Origin: a virus
Direction: 5' to 3' (one strand)
Virus record (IMG/VR): IMGVR_UViG_3300003690_003261
Span: 6,955 to 70,954 of that record
DNA length: 64,000 nucleotides
Part shown: one piece after another, positions 58,919 through 64,000 of the stretch
Position numbering within the stretch: the stretch's first letter is position 1
Layout of the letters: each line of letters starts with the position of its first letter
The notes under the pieces: generated by a model
The model's input: the letters and a program-made list of their open reading frames with translations, nothing else
What the model was told of the DNA's origin: nothing
Database searches by the model: none
Position numbers and translations under genes: made by a program

Positions 58919-59781
58919 TATGTGTTCTCCTTTACAAATTGTGATACATAATCTTCTAGGCTATGCGTTGGAGCCCAGCCAGTTGTGTCTTTGGTATATG
59001 ATATGTCAGCAAGTGTTGCTAGAGCTTCGCCGGATCTTGCTGGCAAATAGGCTTTCTCGTCTCCGAAAAGGTTCGCCAGCTCGTTAATTGAATAGTTGGT
59101 TGCTGTTCCTAAATTGAAAGTGGCACCACAATATTCTTCCTCGGAAATAGTCATAAGGCCCGCACAAATGTCTCTCACGTGCGTAAAATCTCGTCGTTGC
59201 TCCCCCGTACCGGTAATTGTTAAAGTCTCATGATTGCGATGCTGTCTTTCAAAAATTCCAACCACCGTGGCATAATCCCCTTCCTCGGGTTGTCGTTTTC
59301 CATAAACATTAAAAAACCGAGCAATAGCTGTACTCAATCCAAAACACTCGGCATAAAAACGGCACATCTCTTCCCCCTGCCATTTAGCAAACGCATAAGG
59401 GTTGAGGTAAGGGCCAGCGTAAAAAGAGCTGGATCCGGCATATACAACCTTCGAATTCGACTGGCGCGCATATTCACAAACTTCTGCTGTGCCGCATGCG
59501 TCCACCTCTATCGTCTCTAAGGGATCTAAAAAGCTAGGCTGGATCCGCGAAAGGGCCGCCAAATGAAATACAATATCAAAAGTTGCTGCGTATTTATCTT
59601 GATTGATATTCCTTATATCCTCTATCCAATAAGTAACTTCTGGACGTCTATATTCTTCGCTACTCGACTCCGAGATTAAATTATCAATAACTGTAACAGC
59701 ACAATCTCCTGACTCCAATAGCATGTCTACTAGAGTCGATCCAATAAAGCCGAGGCCTCCGGTAACTAAAACATTCTTCAT
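58918..59781 (-). CDS. NAD-dependent epimerase/dehydratase (extended SDR)
   Basis: [22 protein letters not shown] (YxxxK), RFFNVYG and RDFTHVRD. Confidence 0.9.
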   Translation of the reverse strand: MKNVLVTGGLGFIGSTLVDMLLESGDCAVTVIDNLISESSSEEYRRPEVTYWIEDIRNINQDKYAATFDIVFHLAALSRIQPSFLDPLETIEVDACGTAEVCEYARQSNSKVVYAGSSSFYAGPYLNPYAFAKWQGEEMCRFYAECFGLSTAIARFFNVYGKRQPEEGDYATVVGIFERQHRNHETLTITGTGEQRRDFTHVRDICAGLMTISEEEYCGATFNLGTATNYSINELANLFGDEKAYLPARSGEALATLADISYTKDTTGWAPTHSLEDYVSQFVKENT

Positions 59782-60764
59782 TTCTTTATTCCACCTTCGC
59801 ATTTAAGCGCTTCAAGATCAGCATCATACATCATAGCAGCTAGTTGGGAAAGATCAACTGTTGACTCCCACTTAAGTTGTTTCTTAGCCTTGGTGGCATC
59901 ACCCAATAAAAAGGGCACCTCATGGGGGCGGAAATAGCGCGCATCAATCTTAACATATCGGTCAGGGTCGCCTAGGCCAGCGTGTTCGAAAACGCAATTC
60001 AAAAATTCTCTCACCGCGTATGATTTACCCGTTGCTATTACATAGTCGTCGGGCTTATCTTGTTGCAACATTAACCACATCGCTTCCACATAATCTCCAG
60101 CGAAGCCCCAATCTCTGCGCGCATCTAGATTTCCTAAAAGTAACTCTTTTTGAAGTCCTAGCTTAATTTTTGCAGCAGCCATCGTAATTTTCCTCGTTAC
60201 AAAAGTTTCGCCGCGGCGGGGGGATTCGTGATTAAATAAAATCCCACTAGATGCATGTAGATTATAAGCCTCTCGATAATTTCGAACTAAATTGTGTGCG
60301 AATAATTTAGCACAAGCGTAAGGAGAGGCTGGAGTCATTGCTGAATCTTCGTTAAACGGAACCAAGGGATTGTCACCATACATCTCTGACGAAGACGCTT
60401 GATAAAACCGCGCTTCCGGGCAGATCTGTTTATAGGCGTTCATCAAACGAAGTGTTCCCATCGCTATAGAATCAACCGTTTCTTCGGGAACATCAAACGA
60501 TACCCGCACATGTGATTGGGCTCCCAAGTTGTAGATCTCATCCGGAGTGTGTTTGTATAAAAGTCTCCAAAACGATCCTGCATCGTGTAGATTCCCATAT
60601 TCTAGTTTAAAATTAACATGATTATAAATCTCATCAACACGCTCGGTATTAATTAACGATGTCCTTCTTTTGATTCCAACAACCTTATATCCTTTGACTA
60701 ACAAAAGTTCAGCCAGATAAGAGCCGTCCTGGCCAGTGATTCCTGTAATCAGTGCCTTTTTCAC
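59778..60764 (-). CDS. gmd: GDP-mannose 4,6-dehydratase
   Basis: [63 protein letters not shown] and [10 protein letters not shown]. Confidence 0.97.
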   Translation of the reverse strand: MKKALITGITGQDGSYLAELLLVKGYKVVGIKRRTSLINTERVDEIYNHVNFKLEYGNLHDAGSFWRLLYKHTPDEIYNLGAQSHVRVSFDVPEETVDSIAMGTLRLMNAYKQICPEARFYQASSSEMYGDNPLVPFNEDSAMTPASPYACAKLFAHNLVRNYREAYNLHASSGILFNHESPRRGETFVTRKITMAAAKIKLGLQKELLLGNLDARRDWGFAGDYVEAMWLMLQQDKPDDYVIATGKSYAVREFLNCVFEHAGLGDPDRYVKIDARYFRPHEVPFLLGDATKAKKQLKWESTVDLSQLAAMMYDADLEALKCEGGIKK

Positions 60765-60800
60765 TTTTTCACCTCTTGTGTGTTTGATAATAAGTATAAC

Positions 60801-61829
60801 CTAGTGTCGTACATTTATTAATGTTTTTTCCTCTTTGTTCTTTTTAGCGAAATACATTTCTAAAACTTTAGCCACCTTTGCAGACGCATGTCCGTCCCCA
60901 TAGGGGCACTGACCTTCAAGAGGCAATTCCTGTAGTTGAGTATAACGCTCAAATAACAGCTCCGGAGCTTCACATAATAATGAGAAATTATTGAGCCCCT
61001 CCGAGCGTTCCGTTTCCTTTCGACACACTAAACATGGTTTCCTCAAAAAAGATCCCTCTTCTTGTATTCCTCCACTATCTGTTATAATATAAGCACAACT
61101 AGACAAATAGTCAAGTAGCTGAGGGTATTGCATCGGTGGTACCACCTTAACTTTTTCAAAAACGTCACAATGTTCGACAACTGCCGGATTAGGATGTTGG
61201 GGCAGCACAAATTCATAATCAGCATTCTGACGGGCCAGGCGTTCTATTTCTTTGAACCATTCTCGTATGCGGGCATGATTTTCGCGGCGATGCATTGTTA
61301 CTAGAACCCTTTTTTCGAGGGTCGTTTGAAGACCAACCAAATTGTCTAAAACGGTATTTCCTACAACCTCTATAATACCTGAGACCTTTTCTTGAAGCAA
61401 CCTCTCTTTGGCCAAATCAGTTGGGCACAGGTGGATAGTGGCGATTCTGCTGAGCATCTGTCGATTCGCTTCTTCGGGATAGGGCTGACTAAGATCATAG
61501 GTGCGTAGCCCAGCTTCTAAATGCACAACCGGTATTTGATGATGAAAGGCTGAAACTGCCATGGCATACGCAGAAGTTGTGTCTCCCTGGACCAAAACCA
61601 TTTCCACACCTTCTCCTTTAAAATCAAATGAATCCATAATAGATGATACAATAGAATCCAGTCGAGATCGGCCGGTCTTTATTTCTAAACGATAGTCGGT
61701 TGGGCCGGACACCAAGCTCGTGTGTTGGCCCGTAAAAAGAGTTTTATATTCTAGGACTCCTTCTAGTTCTTGTAATAAAGGCTTAATTTTTAAATATTCC
61801 GGGCGAGTCCCGTAGCACACCAAAAGCAT
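60801..61829 (-). CDS. wecB: UDP-N-acetylglucosamine 2-epimerase (WecB-like)
   Basis: GTRPE, QGDT, HLEAGLRT, PEEANR, TMHRREN, DSGGIQEE and TERSEG. Confidence 0.88.
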   Translation of the reverse strand: MLLVCYGTRPEYLKIKPLLQELEGVLEYKTLFTGQHTSLVSGPTDYRLEIKTGRSRLDSIVSSIMDSFDFKGEGVEMVLVQGDTTSAYAMAVSAFHHQIPVVHLEAGLRTYDLSQPYPEEANRQMLSRIATIHLCPTDLAKERLLQEKVSGIIEVVGNTVLDNLVGLQTTLEKRVLVTMHRRENHARIREWFKEIERLARQNADYEFVLPQHPNPAVVEHCDVFEKVKVVPPMQYPQLLDYLSSCAYIITDSGGIQEEGSFLRKPCLVCRKETERSEGLNNFSLLCEAPELLFERYTQLQELPLEGQCPYGDGHASAKVAKVLEMYFAKKNKEEKTLINVRH

Positions 61830-62137
61830 CAATCAGTCATATCCTTAAAAAAATCATTGGAATTTATGGCCTTATCACATATAAACATATCGTAAGCAGG
61901 TTTTCCTAGGTGAACCTCATGATATTTAACGCCCCAGTCATTGAGCTGGCGTTCTGTGAGTTCATACCAATCTACGCCGCTCACAGAGCCCCGGGCTGTC
62001 CAATAAACGATTGTATGGCCTTCGTCAAATAGTTGATTGATTTTTGCAATATTTTTAGGAAGTGGCATCGCCAAAGGGTATTCCCGGATCCCTTCATAGA
62101 AACAAATCGTTTCATCAATATCTACGTAAACTAACAT
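61829..62137 (-). CDS. Small HAD-family phosphatase (capsule-biosynthesis type)
   Basis: VDIDETIC (DxD), TARG and GKPAYDMFICDKA. Confidence 0.8.
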   Translation of the reverse strand: MLVYVDIDETICFYEGIREYPLAMPLPKNIAKINQLFDEGHTIVYWTARGSVSGVDWYELTERQLNDWGVKYHEVHLGKPAYDMFICDKAINSNDFFKDMTD

Positions 62138-62140
62138 CTC

Positions 62141-63067
62141 CTAAATTCCTCGCACTCGTGGATAATGCTCGATAAACCAATTGCATGTGTGTGTGAGCCC
62201 CTCAGGCAACCGAGTATAAAACTCATTTTTCCACCCTAACTCTAACAACTTTCGATTACAGCTTGGTTTTCTGTACTGGCCATCTGGTTGGGTGCTGTCC
62301 CATAAAATTTCCCCCTCATATTCCAAAAGCTCACTTATCAATTCAATTATCTGGCGAATACTAACCTCACCCGGGTTGCCGATATTAAGAGGGGTCGCGG
62401 AGTCATAGTTTTCCAACACAAAAAGTAAAATCTTAGCAATGTCCCCCGCATAGGTAAACTCACGCAAAGGCGTACCACTCCCCCAAAAGACAGGCGGAAC
62501 ACCACTAAGCTTTGCTTCCCATATTTTTCTAATCACCGCGGGGATAACATGACCATTTATAAGATCAAAATTGTCATGGGGTCCATAAAGATTATTAGGA
62601 ACTGCCGTGATGTAATTAAGGCCATGCTGTTTACGCAAAGCGCGAGAATAAACTTCGGTCATTCTTTTTGCATACGAATATCCAAAATTACTCGGATGGG
62701 GCTCGCCTGAGTGGATTTGATCTTCCGTAAGGGGATATGTAACTTGATCGGGGTAGATACACGTAGAGAGAAGAGATAATACCTTAGGAGTTTTATGGGC
62801 CATTGCGGTGTGTAAAACATTAGTGTTTATTTTAATGTTGTCCGCATAATAATCAGCGGCCGCGTGTAGATTGCCCCGGACGCCGCCAACTTTCGCGGCT
62901 AAATGTATTACCGCATCGGGCGCCACCTGTTCAAACATGCGCTCTGTCTCGGTCGCATTTCTTAAATCAAATCTTTTTGAACCAACGAACACCAATTCGT
63001 GGCTCGTCTCTACCTCCGTAAAAGCGCGGCCCACCATCCCCGTTCCACCAGTAATGAGTATTTTCAT
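62141..63067 (-). CDS. fcl: GDP-L-fucose synthase
   Basis: ITGGTGMVG, IHLAAKVGG, STCIYP, YSYAK, PNNLYGPHDNF and HVIPAVIRK. Confidence 0.93.
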   Translation of the reverse strand: MKILITGGTGMVGRAFTEVETSHELVFVGSKRFDLRNATETERMFEQVAPDAVIHLAAKVGGVRGNLHAAADYYADNIKINTNVLHTAMAHKTPKVLSLLSTCIYPDQVTYPLTEDQIHSGEPHPSNFGYSYAKRMTEVYSRALRKQHGLNYITAVPNNLYGPHDNFDLINGHVIPAVIRKIWEAKLSGVPPVFWGSGTPLREFTYAGDIAKILLFVLENYDSATPLNIGNPGEVSIRQIIELISELLEYEGEILWDSTQPDGQYRKPSCNRKLLELGWKNEFYTRLPEGLTHTCNWFIEHYPRVRGI

Positions 63068-63711
63068 AAGGTCCTCTTATTGTTTTTCATATAAAAATTA
63101 TCCAAGTCTTCGGCTCGATCTATATCAATCGGTTCACCAATCCACATCCAACCAGTATCTGAATTAAACAACTGAGCATTAAGATTATTCATCTCGGACA
63201 CCTTTATTATACACAAAAAATGTGATAATTCAAAGTACTCGGGAACATTTTGGCGCTGATAATAGAAGGTGTCCAAAATATAGTCCCCCTGATGTTCATC
63301 GCGCGATTTTAAAATAAGATGGGGGCTTACCTTTAGTTTCTTTCTGCATAAGACTGATTTGTATCCGTAAGAGTTTAAAAATTCGAGGCCTCGGGAGATG
63401 TCCGAACTTGTGCGCTCAGGATAAGTAGCATAAAGAACTACCACTATATCATCAATATCCATGGCGGCCCATTTTATAACATCTTCTATAACTGGTTTAA
63501 TTGGTGCGGCATCTTTGGCGAGAGGGGCGGGGCGTAATCTCCGGCGAATAGTACTATATTTATTATAAAGATAAGAATCATCGGTGGTGAGAATAATACT
63601 GTCCTTATCTACCCCCTCTAACGATGAGAGAGCATAATCCATCAAAATTCGATTTTTATTAGGAAAACCCTTGGAGGCTTTCCGAGCAGGGATGACATAC
63701 CATGTTTTCAT
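63064..63711 (-). CDS. CMP-nonulosonate (NeuA-like) cytidylyltransferase
   Basis: IPARKASKGFPNKN, RPAPLAKD, YQRQNVP and IDIDRAEDL. Confidence 0.85.
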   Translation of the reverse strand: MKTWYVIPARKASKGFPNKNRILMDYALSSLEGVDKDSIILTTDDSYLYNKYSTIRRRLRPAPLAKDAAPIKPVIEDVIKWAAMDIDDIVVVLYATYPERTSSDISRGLEFLNSYGYKSVLCRKKLKVSPHLILKSRDEHQGDYILDTFYYQRQNVPEYFELSHFLCIIKVSEMNNLNAQLFNSDTGWMWIGEPIDIDRAEDLDNFYMKNNKRTL

Positions 63712-63720
63712 TTTGTTTCT

Positions 63721-64000
63721 TTAGCTACGCAATGTTTTTCTTTTTAATTTTTCGCCTTCTAAGAGTTGACGGGGCCCACCAACACCCATAGCACTTTCAA
63801 TTGTTTTAATTCCTTTCACAAGCTTGAAAAGTCCTTGAGGCTCGACTGACGCGAGCTGGTCGCTCCCCCACATTGTACGGTCCAAAGTAATATGCCTCTC
63901 CACCCACGTCGCGCCCATTGCCACAGCAGCAAACGTAGTTGTCAATCCATATTCATGCCCGCTATAGCCTATTTGGGTGACGTCCCCCCATTTATCCTTA
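63721..64000 (-). CDS. NeuB/SpsE-family nonulosonate synthase, C-terminal part (5'-partial)
   Basis: Frame open from the window edge: IGYSGHEYGLTTTFAAVAMGATWVERHITLDRTMWGSDQLASVEP. Confidence 0.9.
   Translation of the reverse strand, partial: KDKWGDVTQIGYSGHEYGLTTTFAAVAMGATWVERHITLDRTMWGSDQLASVEPQGLFKLVKGIKTIESAMGVGGPRQLLEGEKLKRKTLRS

Noticed and set aside
2691-63167. Numerous plus-strand ORFs of 60-145 aa in the track
   Set aside because: All lie antisense to motif-supported minus-strand genes and show no recognisable motifs. Only 13740..14456 occupies its own space.
1-64000. Alternative genetic code (stop-codon reassignment)
   Set aside because: Genes are long and densely packed under code 11, and both breaks are frame changes rather than in-frame stops.
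1-64000. tRNA, rRNA, rho-independent terminators, introns or inteins
   Set aside because: Intergenic gaps are too short or are explained by micro-ORFs and promoters. I saw no cloverleaf, no stem plus U-tract, and no intein-like insertion in TerL, primase or the SbcCD-like protein. A tRNAscan or Infernal run would be decisive.

Overview
This 64 kb window is part of a large T4-like (contractile-tailed) bacteriophage genome. Every well-supported gene but one is on the minus strand. In transcription order (right to left) the window holds: (i) a nucleotide-sugar cluster (neuB-like, neuA-like, fcl, HAD phosphatase, wecB-like, gmd, SDR epimerase); (ii) small genes and a gp55-like late sigma factor; (iii) about 36 kb of baseplate and tail genes (gp5-like proteins, one with an M15 peptidase, gp25, gp6, and a ~4,100-codon LamG-rich wedge-like gene split by a +1 frame change); (iv) RuvC-like resolvase and primase; (v) an array of five translationally coupled small genes sharing an N-terminal MKI(S/T)KxxL(R/K)(Q/E)IIKEEL tag; (vi) an SbcD-SbcC fusion behind a sigma70-type promoter; (vii) a lone plus-strand J-domain gene; (viii) a holin/spanin-like cassette and a fibre gene; (ix) terminase, portal, prohead protease, ribosomal protein bS21, and a gp14-like neck protein fused to a fibre that runs off the left edge. 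The best candidate for an undescribed system is the five-gene tag array. I infer it is a capsid-targeting, protease-cleaved cassette of packaged internal proteins. Other notable points are two frame changes in structural genes, a recurring CTA(A/C/T)TTA(T/G) late-promoter-like motif, and micro-ORFs missed by the ORF track. Family assignments come from motif recognition by eye; no database search was run. I saw no tRNA, rRNA, CRISPR array or IS element.
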